This document shows, piece by piece, positions 10,207 to 22,910 of a stretch of DNA of 64,000 bases. The notes beneath the pieces are model-generated. The model had not been told where the DNA came from. It saw only the letters and a program-made list of their open reading frames with translations, and did no database searches. A program made the position numbers and the translations under genes. The stretch is taken from contig JBHHXN010000002.1 of NCBI GenBank assembly GCA_046757025.1, forward strand, positions 53,000 through 116,999, given 5' to 3'. The DNA comes from a bacterium (lineage in GTDB: Bacteria; Zhuqueibacterota; Zhuqueibacteria; Oceanimicrobiales; Oceanimicrobiaceae). The stretch's first letter is position 1. Every line of letters begins with the position of its first letter.

Positions 10207-11466
10207 TCATTCATTTGAATTGTTTAGAGTTCGTTTTCTTTCAATCTGAGTTAATTCGAAAATATTCCGAAATAACCTTTCGTAATTACGACTCATTTCT
10301 ATTTTACGTCTGGACATCACTCTTTTCGCGGTAACCAGACTTTTTTCTAAATGGTGCTCTGTGAGGCTTTCAGGACCGCCCCAGGCGAACGAGGGAATAA
10401 ATTTTGGCTGAAAGCTGCCCCCAAATATATTGCTCATTACCCCAACCACTGTGCCGGTATTAAACATCGTGTTAATTCCCGCTTTTGAATGATCGCCCAT
10501 AAACAATCCCACAAACATGGAGCCGCTGTCGATCATTTCTCCATTCATATAGATTTTTACATTGCCATAATTGTTCTTCAAATCGCTGTTATTCGTATCG
10601 GCGCCCAGATTGACCCACTGCCCGAGGTAGGCGTGCCCCAGAAAGCCATCGTGTTGCTTGTTGCTGTAAGAATGAATGATGGATTCTTCCACTTCACCGC
10701 CCACTTTGCACACTTCTCCTATAGAGGTTCCTTCATAAATTTTGGCGCCGATTTTAATTGAAGAATTGTCCCCAACAAAAACCGGGCCCTCGATAACGGC
10801 ATTCGCCATTATCTTCACATTGCGGCCGATGTAAATAGGTCCGTTTTCAGCATCTATTACGACCCCCGGCTTAATCTGGGTGTTTTCCCCGATAAAAATG
10901 TTTTTTTTGTTCAAAAGGGTCGCTCCCTCGCAAATGCGACCACTTATGTTTCCATCCATCTGAATGGCGCTAAAATCGCTCTCAATTTCTGAAGCATTGT
11001 GATGGATTAATTCCCAAATATAATTAATTAATTTTATCTCGATTTCACGTTTTTCGATTTCCTGAAAAAGGCTTAAATCAAACGACTTTTCACATACCTT
11101 GCGCATTTTGTGGGTGTTTTCCCCTATTAAAAACGCCGCAACGAGCTGATCTTGGTGAAAATAAAGTTGCTCATTCTGATCTGACAAAACCGCATTCAAT
11201 TTTGAATCTGCGAGAACACGGCCATTAACAAATAAGCAGCTATCAGCAATTACTTGATTTACCTGCATGCCTTCATTTTGTTCTGCAACCAGATCTTGCA
11301 AATAGTCCCGGCAAAGCAGGCGAACAATCTTTGGTTTTACTTGTCTGCATATTTTCTCTTTCAACGTCATCATTCCACACCTCAAATCAAATACCGGCCG
11401 CGATAAGGCTAAAGGATAAAAATGAGAATAACGGTTGTCCTCAAAAACACACAGATTTTCAATCAT
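10207..11466 (-). CDS. GlmU-related sugar nucleotidyl/acetyltransferase (alternative Bacteroidota-type GlmU family)
   Basis: PLALSRPVFDLRCG N-terminus; hexapeptide repeats; SNKQHDGFLGHAYLGQWVNLGADTNNSDLKNNY. Confidence 0.85.
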   Translation of the reverse strand: MIENLCVFEDNRYSHFYPLALSRPVFDLRCGMMTLKEKICRQVKPKIVRLLCRDYLQDLVAEQNEGMQVNQVIADSCLFVNGRVLADSKLNAVLSDQNEQLYFHQDQLVAAFLIGENTHKMRKVCEKSFDLSLFQEIEKREIEIKLINYIWELIHHNASEIESDFSAIQMDGNISGRICEGATLLNKKNIFIGENTQIKPGVVIDAENGPIYIGRNVKIMANAVIEGPVFVGDNSSIKIGAKIYEGTSIGEVCKVGGEVEESIIHSYSNKQHDGFLGHAYLGQWVNLGADTNNSDLKNNYGNVKIYMNGEMIDSGSMFVGLFMGDHSKAGINTMFNTGTVVGVMSNIFGGSFQPKFIPSFAWGGPESLTEHHLEKSLVTAKRVMSRRKIEMSRNYERLFRNIFELTQIERKRTLNNSNE

Positions 11467-12068
11467 GAGATCCTCCGATTAACAGGATATCCTAATTTTA
11501 AAAGTTTAAGATAAACCACAGAACAGAAAATTGCTTTAAGAACATCACCAGGTATAAATATCAAAAAATAACTAACAACCAACTTTGAAAATGAGATGGG
11601 TTTGTGAACGAGGTATTTTAAATTGAAAAAGAGCACAATTCCACCCACAAGTAGAATAAAGAAGACTCCTATAAATCCATATACACAAACGTGAACAAAA
11701 GTGGTTTTCTTTACCTTAATTGATTGATTTCTTTTTTGTACGAGCACGCCCACGATATACGCGGCGACCGGATATCCTAGAAGGTAACCAAAAGTGGGTT
11801 GCAAAATATAACCGGGGCCGCCGCCGTAAGCAAATATTGGCGCACCCATTAAACCTGCTGCGAGGTAAATCACTTGACTCAATGTGCCAAAGTACGGCCC
11901 CAAAAAGGCACCGCCCAAAATGACAAAAAATGTTTGCAGGGTAATTGGAACATAAGGTAATGGTATCTTGATATAAGCACCAACAGCCGTTAAGGATGCA
12001 AATAAACTTGATAACAGGTAAAAATGAAGTTTAGAGACGGGTGGTAGCTCTGTTTTCTCTTTAGACAA
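11463..12068 (-). CDS. bioY: Biotin transporter BioY
   Basis: VPITLQTF, GAPIFAYGGG, PTFGYLLGY, FIPGDVLK. Confidence 0.93.
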   Translation of the reverse strand: MSKEKTELPPVSKLHFYLLSSLFASLTAVGAYIKIPLPYVPITLQTFFVILGGAFLGPYFGTLSQVIYLAAGLMGAPIFAYGGGPGYILQPTFGYLLGYPVAAYIVGVLVQKRNQSIKVKKTTFVHVCVYGFIGVFFILLVGGIVLFFNLKYLVHKPISFSKLVVSYFLIFIPGDVLKAIFCSVVYLKLLKLGYPVNRRIS

Positions 12069-12121
12069 CTTCCTGTTGCGATTTATCTTAAAAATTCCTG
12101 TTTAAATAGCTTGCTTTTTTG

Positions 12122-13009
12122 TCAATCTTTGAATGTGTATTTCTCATCGTGTGTAGGAATTGATTCCTTTATGGGAGCACCCAGGTTATGTAATTGCGTT
12201 GTCGGTTGCACGAAAGGCAGGGAAAAGTTATCGTGGTAACCGACTAACAAATATCGATTCAATGCGCATTCAACTTCTTCAAGCGTCCAGTGCTCTTTTT
12301 TCTGTTCATCTTGGATAAATCCATTTGAAAAGTCCAGCAATTCTCTTTCAGCAAGCATCCCCCGAACGGTGTTGAAATGAACAGTTGCTTGTTTTTCACC
12401 GGTAACGGAGTCTACAAATTCCAAAAGCAATTCTAGGTCCTTCAAAAACGCCGACACCGGCGTGCTTTTATACACGTCTCGTTCGACACGATTTAATAAT
12501 AATCGCAGTAACTCTTTTGAAATAATTTTCTCATCGACGCACTTTAATGCCCGCGCGGCTTTTCGAATAAACGCCCGCTTCTCACCGTAACCACGTATTA
12601 TGACCAAAATATCTTCTTTTGCTTTTGGACTAGAGGTAAAAAAAATGGTTTCAAGAATTGACTGTTTTGGTCGAACTAATGTTTCGAACTGAAATTTGAT
12701 TGCAAAATTACAAAGGTGGTAAATTTCTTTATTTGTAAAAACGGTTTCGGAAATCAACCAATCCTGTAGAGTGCTTAATTTTTCTTCGGCGGTGCCGTTT
12801 ATTAAAGAATATCGCTGATTTGTTTCTAATCGAATCGGGTTTTCTGATTTGAGTAATTTACGAGCAAAGTTCGTTGTATGAGCACTAAAAATCACTGGCG
12901 GTGAAATTTCTCTAATGTCACTCATGGAGACGGTATCCTTGCCAGCGGCGAGGCGTTCAAAAAAAATATCAACTAATCGGCGTTTTTCATTTTCCCAAAG
13001 GTTTTGCAT
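12122..13009 (-). CDS. Hypothetical alpha-helical soluble protein downstream of gyrA
   Basis: 295-aa ORF in operon orientation, 31 nt after the gyrA stop; no recognisable motif. Confidence 0.7.
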   Translation of the reverse strand: MQNLWENEKRRLVDIFFERLAAGKDTVSMSDIREISPPVIFSAHTTNFARKLLKSENPIRLETNQRYSLINGTAEEKLSTLQDWLISETVFTNKEIYHLCNFAIKFQFETLVRPKQSILETIFFTSSPKAKEDILVIIRGYGEKRAFIRKAARALKCVDEKIISKELLRLLLNRVERDVYKSTPVSAFLKDLELLLEFVDSVTGEKQATVHFNTVRGMLAERELLDFSNGFIQDEQKKEHWTLEEVECALNRYLLVGYHDNFSLPFVQPTTQLHNLGAPIKESIPTHDEKYTFKD

Positions 13010-13040
13010 CAGGTTATTCCATGAATACGGTATTCCGTTC

Positions 13041-15476
13041 CTATTCTGTTTGCTCCTTTATCACTCTGGCCACTGCCGCGACTATATCTTCCGGATCCAG
13101 TTTGATTAAGCGTAATCCTTGTGTGGCCCGGCCCTGAACCGTGATGGTTTTTACACTTTGTCGAATGATGATACCGTTGGTGGTGATGATCATGAGGTCA
13201 TCATCATTCATCACTTCTTTTAAAGTCACCATATCCCCAACTTTGTCTGTGACCTTGATGGTGAAGATGCCTTTTCCGGCTCGGTGGCTCACGCGATACT
13301 GATTCAATTCTGTTCGTTTACCATAGCCTTTTTCAGTCACAACCAACACCGTCCCTTCTCTTTTAATGACCACCATTCCCACGACATAATCATCTTTTTT
13401 GAGATTGATACCCTTTACACCGGAGGCAGTACGTCCCATTTCTCTGACTTCTTTTTCCGGGAACCGTATAGACATCCCTTTATGGGTTCCAAGCAAAATA
13501 TCGTGCCTGCCGTTTGACAGTTTCGCTTCGATCAGATCATCACCCTCACGAATGGTAATGGCGTTAATGCCTCCTTTTCGTGGATTTTTATAAGCAGACA
13601 GAGATGTTTTCTTTATGAGCCCTTGCTTCGTGGCCATAACTAAAAATTGGTCATGGTTAAATTCTTTCACATTGACAAAGGCAGCAATTCTTTCGTGCTT
13701 AGAAATTTGCAGTAGATTGACAATCGCACGACCTTTAGTCGCTCTGCCAGCTTGAGGAATTTCGTGGACTTTCAACCAATGACAACGCCCTTTATTTGTA
13801 AAGAAAAGTATGTAGTTGTGGGTAGAAGCGATAAAAAGGTGTTCAATGAAATCCTCTTCTTTTGTAGATGCCCCAGTTGAACCTCTTCCTCCACGCAGTT
13901 GTCTTCTATAGGTTGTAACGGGTATTCTTTTTATAAAACCGGAATGAGAAATGGTGATCACCATATCTTCTTCCGCAATCATGTCCTCTATTGTGAATTC
14001 TTCTGTTTCAGAAATAATTTCGGTTCTGCGCTCATCCCCGTATTTTTCTTTCAACTCTAAAAGTTCATCTTTAATAAGCTGCATTCTTTTGGGTTTATTT
14101 TCCAAAAGCGAGCGCAATTTTTCAATCAATTTGATCAGAGCCAGGTACTCGTCCTCAATTTTTTTTCTCTCCAGGCCCGTGAGTCTCTGCAAACGCATGT
14201 CCAAAATCGCCTGCGCTTGTATTTCAGAAAGTTTAAATCGTTTGATCAATGAGGTTTTCGCGGTTTCGGGATTGCGCGATTTCTTGATAATGTTGACAAT
14301 TTCATCGATATTATCCAGACAGATTTTGAGCCCTTCGAGAATGTGGGCGCGCTTTTCAGCTTTATTGAGCTCGAATTTGGTACGACGAACCACCACATCA
14401 TGCCGAAAATCGATGAAGTGCTCTAATGCTTCTTTGAGGTTTAACACTTGTGGAGCGCCGTTCACCAACGCCAACAGAATCACACCGAATGTGGATTGCA
14501 TTTGTGTGTGTTTATACAACTGGTTGAGAATCACTTCCGCAGCTTGCACATCGCGTTTCAACTCAATGACAATGCGCATGCCATCCCGATCAGATTCGTC
14601 TCGAACGTCTGAGATGCCTTCGATTTTTCTGTCGCGAACTAATTCAGCAATTTTTTCGATCAACTTCGCTTTGTTTACCTGGTAAGGTAATTCGCTAACG
14701 ATGATATTTTCCCTTCCGGATTTAACCGTTTCGATATTTGCACGCGCGCGAATCACAACTCGACCCCGACCAGAGCGGTAGGCCTCATCAATACCGAGAT
14801 CACCATAGATGATGGCGCCCGTCGGAAAGTCGGGTCCTGTAATATATTTCATCAACGATTCTATGGTCAAATTGGGTCGTGCAATCAAAGCCACAATTGC
14901 ATCGACCACCTCGCATAAATTATGGGGAGGAATGTTTGTCGCCATACCGACGGCAATTCCAGATGCGCCGTTCACTAAAAGATTGGGAAGAACTGACGGC
15001 AGCACCGTCGGTTCTTTCAAGGATTCATCAAAATTGGGAACAAAATCAACTGTGTCTTTATCTAAGTCACGTAGAATTTCTTCGGCAATTCTGGCTAATC
15101 TGGCTTCCGTATATCTCATGGCCGCGGGCGAATCGCCATCAACCGACCCAAAATTTCCCTGTCCGTCCACCAGCGGATAGCGCAAGGAAAAATCCTGAAC
15201 CATGCGAACCATGGTATCATAAACTGCTGAATCTCCGTGTGGGTGATACTTACCTAACACTTCTCCCACAATTCGGGCGCTCTTTTTATAAGCCGCGTTA
15301 GGTCTTAATCCTAAATCAATCATTCCATATAGAACTCGTCTGTGTACGGGTTTCAAACCGTCTCGTACATCAGGTAATGCCCTTGAAACGATGACGGACA
15401 TCGAATAATCGATATAAGAATCCTTCATCTCGGATTCGATAAAAACTGGAATTACACGATCGCGTTGATTTTGCAT
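13041..15476 (-). CDS. gyrA: DNA gyrase subunit A
   Basis: [25 protein letters not shown], GyrA-box QLRGGRG, beta-pinwheel repeats. Confidence 0.99.
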   Translation of the reverse strand: MQNQRDRVIPVFIESEMKDSYIDYSMSVIVSRALPDVRDGLKPVHRRVLYGMIDLGLRPNAAYKKSARIVGEVLGKYHPHGDSAVYDTMVRMVQDFSLRYPLVDGQGNFGSVDGDSPAAMRYTEARLARIAEEILRDLDKDTVDFVPNFDESLKEPTVLPSVLPNLLVNGASGIAVGMATNIPPHNLCEVVDAIVALIARPNLTIESLMKYITGPDFPTGAIIYGDLGIDEAYRSGRGRVVIRARANIETVKSGRENIIVSELPYQVNKAKLIEKIAELVRDRKIEGISDVRDESDRDGMRIVIELKRDVQAAEVILNQLYKHTQMQSTFGVILLALVNGAPQVLNLKEALEHFIDFRHDVVVRRTKFELNKAEKRAHILEGLKICLDNIDEIVNIIKKSRNPETAKTSLIKRFKLSEIQAQAILDMRLQRLTGLERKKIEDEYLALIKLIEKLRSLLENKPKRMQLIKDELLELKEKYGDERRTEIISETEEFTIEDMIAEEDMVITISHSGFIKRIPVTTYRRQLRGGRGSTGASTKEEDFIEHLFIASTHNYILFFTNKGRCHWLKVHEIPQAGRATKGRAIVNLLQISKHERIAAFVNVKEFNHDQFLVMATKQGLIKKTSLSAYKNPRKGGINAITIREGDDLIEAKLSNGRHDILLGTHKGMSIRFPEKEVREMGRTASGVKGINLKKDDYVVGMVVIKREGTVLVVTEKGYGKRTELNQYRVSHRAGKGIFTIKVTDKVGDMVTLKEVMNDDDLMIITTNGIIIRQSVKTITVQGRATQGLRLIKLDPEDIVAAVARVIKEQTE

Positions 15477-15496
15477 GAAAATATTTACCTCATCAA

Positions 15497-17719
<2,223 letters not shown>

Positions 17720-17739
<20 letters not shown>

Positions 17740-18862
17740 GTTCTTCAACTAACCCATCTTTAATAAAAAAAACCGAAACATCGTGCGGTTGGTATTTATC
17801 AAGTCCTGGGAATTTCAAAACCTGTTCGTTAGGCGAGGTAAAGAACATTTGTCCCTGTCCCTCAAACGAAAGAAATATTTTCTGTTGTCTGACATCGTCC
17901 AATTCAGAGCCAAAATCGTCGAGCAAAAAGACAGGCGTTTCGGCTTTTTTTTGTTTTAAAAACTTATATTCTGCCAATTTTAAAGCTATGATGACAGATT
18001 TATGTTCACCTCTCGAACCGTATTTGCGTAAATTTTGATCATTAATTTTAAACTCCAAATCATCACGATGTGGTCCAACCACAGTGGAGCCCATCCATCG
18101 CTCCGTGGTTTCTTTTTTTTTCAAGTTATCAAGAAAATTATCTTCAATACTCTTTTTTTGCATAACTTCAAATGAGGGTACAAGCGATAAAGTTAGCTGA
18201 TCGTTCGCATCAACAAAACTCTTGTAAACTTCACTAAGTATTATCGCAAAATCAGAGATAAATCGAAACCTTTCTGCCATGAGTAAACTGCCAACCCTAA
18301 CCAAGCTTTGAGTCCAAGGTTCGATGGCCATAACAGTATAACTCCTACCTCCCTTGAAATCCTGTAAAATTTTGTTTCTCTGTTTCAATATTTTATGATA
18401 TTCTTGTAGATTTTGAAGGTAAGAAATACTGACTTGGGATAAAAGGAGATCTATAAATCTTCTACGTTCAGACGGACTACCAGTGGTAATTTTATAATCA
18501 TCGGGTGACAGTGCTACTATTGGAAATTTTCCAAAAAAATCTGAGTTTTTTGCAACTTTTTTGCGGTCAATGCTTATTTCTTTTTTGCCATTCTTTTTAT
18601 ATTGAATAATGACACGTTTACTTAGACTATTATCTTTTTTAATTTTCCCTTCGATAATAAAATAAGATTTATTTATTTTCAGCAATTCCTGGTTTTTCGC
18701 AAATCTAAAACTTCTACCTAAACATAGTAAATAAATGGCTTCCAGAATATTGGTTTTACCTTGCGCATTTAAACCTATTAAAAAGTTAATTTTTGAATTA
18801 AAATGGATAACGACATTTTCATAGTTTCTAAAATTAACTAGAATTAACTTACTCAACAGCAT
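17720..18862 (-). CDS. recF: DNA replication and repair protein RecF
   Basis: NFRNY, GLNAQGKTNILEAI, RRRFID, GPHRDDL, SRGEHK, LLDDFGSELD. Confidence 0.97.
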
Positions 18863-18865
18863 TCA

Positions 18866-19984
18866 TTAATCTTCATTTAATCGGATGGGCATCAGCAGCA
18901 TTAAGATTTTTTCATTTTTATTTTGGCTACCTGGATAAATAATACCTGCACTTATGGGATCTTTAACTTCGAGAATCACGTCCTCTGTTTCTAAATGCCG
19001 TAAAATGTCTAGGAAGTAGTTTGCATTGTAACCAATCTCCAACTCCTCGCCGGTAAATTCGGCGTCGATGCTTTCTTGAGCTTCTCCCCCAAACTCGATG
19101 TCCTCGGATTGAATGTTTATTTTGTTGTTTGAGATAGATAGTCTAATCTGATGTGTAATGGAGTTGGAAAAAATCGCTACCCTTCTAACTGAGGCGCTGA
19201 TCATTTCTCTGTTCAAAATAATTCTTTTATCGTTTTCCGTGGGAATAACGCGTTCATAATTTGGAAATTGGCCTTCTATACACTTGCTTAAAATCGTCGT
19301 ATTATCCAGCACAAATATAATGTGATCTTCGCTTAAATTAACTTTTACATCCCCGTTTGCTGGGATATTCTTCAAAAGCAGATTCAATGCTTTGGTTGGC
19401 ACGATGGATTCTGTTTGTATTTCCAGACCCTTTAAATTTTGATATTCAACTTTCACCAATCGATGCCCGTCTGTGGATACCATTCGTAGCTCATTTTCCA
19501 TAACTTTTAAATAAACCCCCATCAAGGTGGTTCTTAATTCATCTGTGGACACGGCAAAAATGGTTTTATTGATCATGCGGTTAAACTGATCCGCAGGGAT
19601 GGTAAAGGTTCCCAAAATATTTTCAATAGTTATTTTTGGGAAATCCTCTTTTGTCTCTCCAGAAAGTCTGTACAATCCTTTTTCTGTCCGCAAGGTAATT
19701 TTAAACTCTTCATCAGTAGCAAACTCAAGAGGAATATCCGGGAGCTCTCTCACAATTTCAAATAAAATTTTTGCGGGAACAGCAACGGCTCCGTCCTCGG
19801 TTCCCTGAACGTTTATTTTAGTCGAAATTGAAATCTCCAAATCTGTACCGGTTAAGGTCAATTCATTCTCTTCTAAAATAACCAACACATTACTGAGTAT
19901 GGGGATGGTGGTTTTAACCGGAACCACGCCGATAATATTTTGAATAGCTTGAAAAAAATCTTTTTGGTTAACTTTAAATTTCAT
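18866..19984 (-). CDS. dnaN: DNA polymerase III beta sliding clamp
   Basis: PILSNVL, TDLEI, STDGHRL, FPNYERVIP, LLMPIRL. Confidence 0.98.
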   Translation of the reverse strand: MKFKVNQKDFFQAIQNIIGVVPVKTTIPILSNVLVILEENELTLTGTDLEISISTKINVQGTEDGAVAVPAKILFEIVRELPDIPLEFATDEEFKITLRTEKGLYRLSGETKEDFPKITIENILGTFTIPADQFNRMINKTIFAVSTDELRTTLMGVYLKVMENELRMVSTDGHRLVKVEYQNLKGLEIQTESIVPTKALNLLLKNIPANGDVKVNLSEDHIIFVLDNTTILSKCIEGQFPNYERVIPTENDKRIILNREMISASVRRVAIFSNSITHQIRLSISNNKINIQSEDIEFGGEAQESIDAEFTGEELEIGYNANYFLDILRHLETEDVILEVKDPISAGIIYPGSQNKNEKILMLLMPIRLNED

Positions 19985-20301
19985 GAGTGCCTCAAAGCTA
20001 AATAAGTATTAATCGAAAAATCTACTAAATAAAATAATATTATTCAAGAAAATTCTTATTAGTATTAGTATAGCATGTTGATATGTGGATAAAGTCATTA
20101 CCAATTTACATTAAATTTAATAAAAATAAAATTTTATTATTTATTAAATTATTTTAAAAAATGTGGATTTAATATGGATAAAGTGTGATTAATTACTCAT
20201 TCTAAAATTCAAATTATTTTTTAAAAAAATTTTATTAAGTTATTAACATTCAATTCTATTCTTTTGATGAGTTATTAACAATCGGATGTGGACAAACCAG
20301 A
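19985..20301. other. oriC, dnaA-dnaN part: AT-rich unwinding region, DnaA-trios and DnaA boxes
   Basis: Trio-like TAT-TAG-TAT-TAG-TAT (20057-20071); tandem boxes TGTTGATA(T) 20076 and perfect TGTGGATAA 20084-20092; further boxes TGTGGATTT 20162, TATGGATAA 20173, TTATTAACA 20240 and 20272, TGTGGACAA 20287. Confidence 0.9.
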
Positions 20302-21651
20302 TTAGATGCTGGACATTTCAATTTTCTTTTGTAAAACAGTAACATCTTCAAAAACTTTTTTATCTTCTTTTGTGAGATTTTCGATAGTTTGAATTGCGTG
20401 AATTACTGTGCTGTGATCACGGCCACCAAAATGTAGTCCAATCGTTTTTAGAGAATTTTTAGTCATCTCTTTTGTTAAAAACATAGCGAGTTGTCGGACA
20501 TAGGCAATTTCTTTTTTTCGGGTTTTAGCTCGAAGCATATCATCTGGAATATTAAAATGTTCGCTTACGATTCTTTGAATTTCTTCTATCAATATTTTTT
20601 TCTTTTTTCCCAAACTCAAATTTTTTAATACATCTTTTGCCAGGTCTAAAGTAATATCTTTGCCATTTAAAGAAGAAAAAGCCAGTAGTCTGATCAAGGA
20701 GCCCTCTAATTCACGAATGTTGGAAGTGACATTGGTGGCGATGAATTCGATGATATTTCCAGAAATGGAGATACAATTTTCATCAGCCTTTTGTTGAAGG
20801 ATGGCAATTCTTGTTTCCAAATCCGGTGGTTGGATGTCTGCAACCAAGCCCCATTGAAATCTTGATATGAGTCGTTCTTCAACCCCGTCCAACTCCTTTG
20901 GAGGGCGATCTGATGACAGCACGATCTGTTTTCCGGAATTATAAAGAGCATTAAAAGTATGAAAGAATTCTTCCTGGGTGCGTTCTTTATTGATAAAAAA
21001 TTGTATATCATCCACCAATAAAATATCTACGTTTCTATATATTGAACTGAATTCAGTTGTCTTGTGATTCTGGATAGAATTAATAAATTCAATCGTAAAC
21101 TTCTCACTATCCACATATAAAACTCGATTAGCGGTTCCTTGAACTAACGTGAAATTTCCAATCGCTTGGATCAAATGCGTTTTTCCTAAACCCACACCTC
21201 CGTAGATTACAATTGGATTAAAGGTGGTTTTGCCGGGAGATTCGGCAACAGCCAATGAAGCCGCTCGAGCAAACTGATTATTGTGACCCTCAACAAAATT
21301 ATCGAACTGGTACCGTTCGTTCAAATTGCTTTTAATGTAAGGTTTGTTCATCGTATTGGACTTGTCCAGTGATGGCAGCATTTTAATTTCATCGTTTCCA
21401 TTCACTACGACGGAATAGGTCAATTTTGATTGATCACCTAAGACTTCTATCAAAGCTTGATTGATCAAGGTACTATAGTGACCCTCTAACCACTCATAGA
21501 AGAATTGACTTGGTACTTCAACAGTCAGGTTTTGATTCTCAAGCTTAACCGGGCTTATGGGCTTAAACCAAGTGGTAAAGCTTTGTGGATTGATGCTGTT
21601 TTTTATAATTGATAAACATGCGTCCCACGCTGTTATACTATTTAAAGACAT
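20302..21651 (-). CDS. dnaA: Chromosomal replication initiator DnaA
   Basis: GGVGLGKTHL, LLVDDIQF, QEEFFHTFN, RELEGSL, GGRDHSTV. Start at 21651 or 21666. Confidence 0.99.
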   Translation of the reverse strand: MSLNSITAWDACLSIIKNSINPQSFTTWFKPISPVKLENQNLTVEVPSQFFYEWLEGHYSTLINQALIEVLGDQSKLTYSVVVNGNDEIKMLPSLDKSNTMNKPYIKSNLNERYQFDNFVEGHNNQFARAASLAVAESPGKTTFNPIVIYGGVGLGKTHLIQAIGNFTLVQGTANRVLYVDSEKFTIEFINSIQNHKTTEFSSIYRNVDILLVDDIQFFINKERTQEEFFHTFNALYNSGKQIVLSSDRPPKELDGVEERLISRFQWGLVADIQPPDLETRIAILQQKADENCISISGNIIEFIATNVTSNIRELEGSLIRLLAFSSLNGKDITLDLAKDVLKNLSLGKKKKILIEEIQRIVSEHFNIPDDMLRAKTRKKEIAYVRQLAMFLTKEMTKNSLKTIGLHFGGRDHSTVIHAIQTIENLTKEDKKVFEDVTVLQKKIEMSSI

Positions 21652-21767
21652 TTTCCTAACCCTCATTTTAAATTGTGATGAAAAAGAAAGAAAGATGATT
21701 GAGGTTAAAAAAATGGGGTTGGGTCTCCATCCACCTCCAAACCATTTCTTTTAACCAACACACTAAG

Positions 21768-21932
21768 TTATCCACATATTATTCACAATTCAAAAACATG
21801 TATAACTTGAAAAAAAACATAAATTAAATATCTATATGGTTTCTGTAATTAACTTCATAAATTAAATATTTAAAAAATAAGACATAATTTAATAATTCCT
21901 TAATAAATGCTAAGTTTGTTAAGTTATCCACA
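21768..21932. promoter_or_regulatory. DnaA-box cluster upstream of dnaA (second part of a bipartite origin and/or autoregulation)
   Basis: TTATCCACA 21768-21776, TTATTCACA 21779-21787 and TTATCCACA 21924-21932 flanking an AT-rich tract. Confidence 0.85.
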
Positions 21933-21970
21933 AGTTTTTATGGTGAAAATCTACTGGCAGGGATGACTAA

Positions 21971-21998
21971 AATTTAAGAAAAAGGGGCTGAATGTCAA
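21971..21998 (-). promoter_or_regulatory. Putative sigma-70 promoter of dnaA
   Basis: Minus strand TTGACA-16nt-TAAATT, upstream of the DnaA boxes. Confidence 0.4.
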
Positions 21999-22109
21999 GC
22001 GAAAAATAGACTTTTTGGTTTGGTTCTACTTGCGGAATTGTGCAGAAAGGAAGTAGCAAAAACTTTGAGTTTCATATTACAGAGAGAGTTTTACCTTAAT
22101 AGAAATTAC

Positions 22110-22138
22110 TTGACTTTTAGACAAAAAATTAATATGTT
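22110..22138 (+). promoter_or_regulatory. Putative sigma-70 promoter of the rpmH operon
   Basis: TTGACT-17nt-TATGTT. Confidence 0.55.
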
Positions 22139-22186
22139 ATCCAGCTTTGATGCATTTGAAATCATTAAACTAAACGGGTAAAAAGA

Positions 22187-22330
22187 ATGAAAAGAACTCA
22201 CCAACCACATAACCGGAAAAAGTTGAACAAACACGGTTTCAGAGAAAGAATGAAAAGTAACGCTGGTAGAGCGGTTTTGAAAAACAGAAGAGCCAAAGGA
22301 AGGAAAAGTTTAACGGTAAGCGATAGATAA
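22187..22330 (+). CDS. rpmH: 50S ribosomal protein L34 (absent from ORF track)
   Basis: Manual translation [47 protein letters not shown]. Confidence 0.97.
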   Translation: MKRTHQPHNRKKLNKHGFRERMKSNAGRAVLKNRRAKGRKSLTVSDR

Positions 22331-22344
22331 AAGATCGGCTGTTT

Positions 22345-22683
22345 GTGAAAAATTATCGGTTTGGGAAAAAAGTCTTCATAAAAAAGAAATCAGAATTTAA
22401 CGAAATATTTAATAGCGGAAAAAAAGTAAAATCAAATCATATCGTAGTGTTTATGCTACCATCGAGAGAATTAAAGATCGGATTTGCTGTGGCAAAAAGC
22501 ATTAAGGGTGCGGTTAAACGTAATAGAGCCAAAAGAAGACTAAAAGTATTAGTGAGATCCTATTTTCACAAATTTCCTCAAAGGAAAGCGATTGTCGTTG
22601 TCGCTCGACCAGGAATTTTAGATGAAAAATTCCAAGAATTAGATCAACAATTTGTTCATTTACTAAGTAACCTTTGCAAATAG
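22345..22683 (+). CDS. rnpA: Ribonuclease P protein component
   Basis: IGFAVAKSIKGAVKRNRAKRRLK; synteny. Confidence 0.95.
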   Translation: MKNYRFGKKVFIKKKSEFNEIFNSGKKVKSNHIVVFMLPSRELKIGFAVAKSIKGAVKRNRAKRRLKVLVRSYFHKFPQRKAIVVVARPGILDEKFQELDQQFVHLLSNLCK

Positions 22684-22687
22684 CTAC

Positions 22688-22897
22688 ATGAGATACCTTG
22701 GCATAGCAATTCTTAAAATATATCAACGCGTCGTTTCTCCGCTATTGCCTCCTTCTTGTCGATTTTATCCCTCTTGTTCAGAATACACGCTACAAGCCAT
22801 CTCGAAATACGGATTGATCGTCGGAATTTGGAAAGGAATGAATCGGCTAATTAAATGTCATCCTTTCAATCCCGGTGGTTACGACCCTCTAAATTAA
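22688..22897 (+). CDS. yidD: Membrane protein insertion efficiency factor YidD
   Basis: CRFYPSCSEY, KCHPFNPGGYDP. Confidence 0.96.
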   Translation: MRYLGIAILKIYQRVVSPLLPPSCRFYPSCSEYTLQAISKYGLIVGIWKGMNRLIKCHPFNPGGYDPLN

Positions 22898-22910
22898 AAA
22901 GAATAATACA

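Noticed and set aside
13951..14685. 244-aa ORF antisense to gyrA, and similar shadow ORFs opposite mnmG, DUF456, lutB and rsmD
   Set aside because: Fully nested opposite conserved genes, with the S/I/L-rich composition typical of codon-bias shadows.
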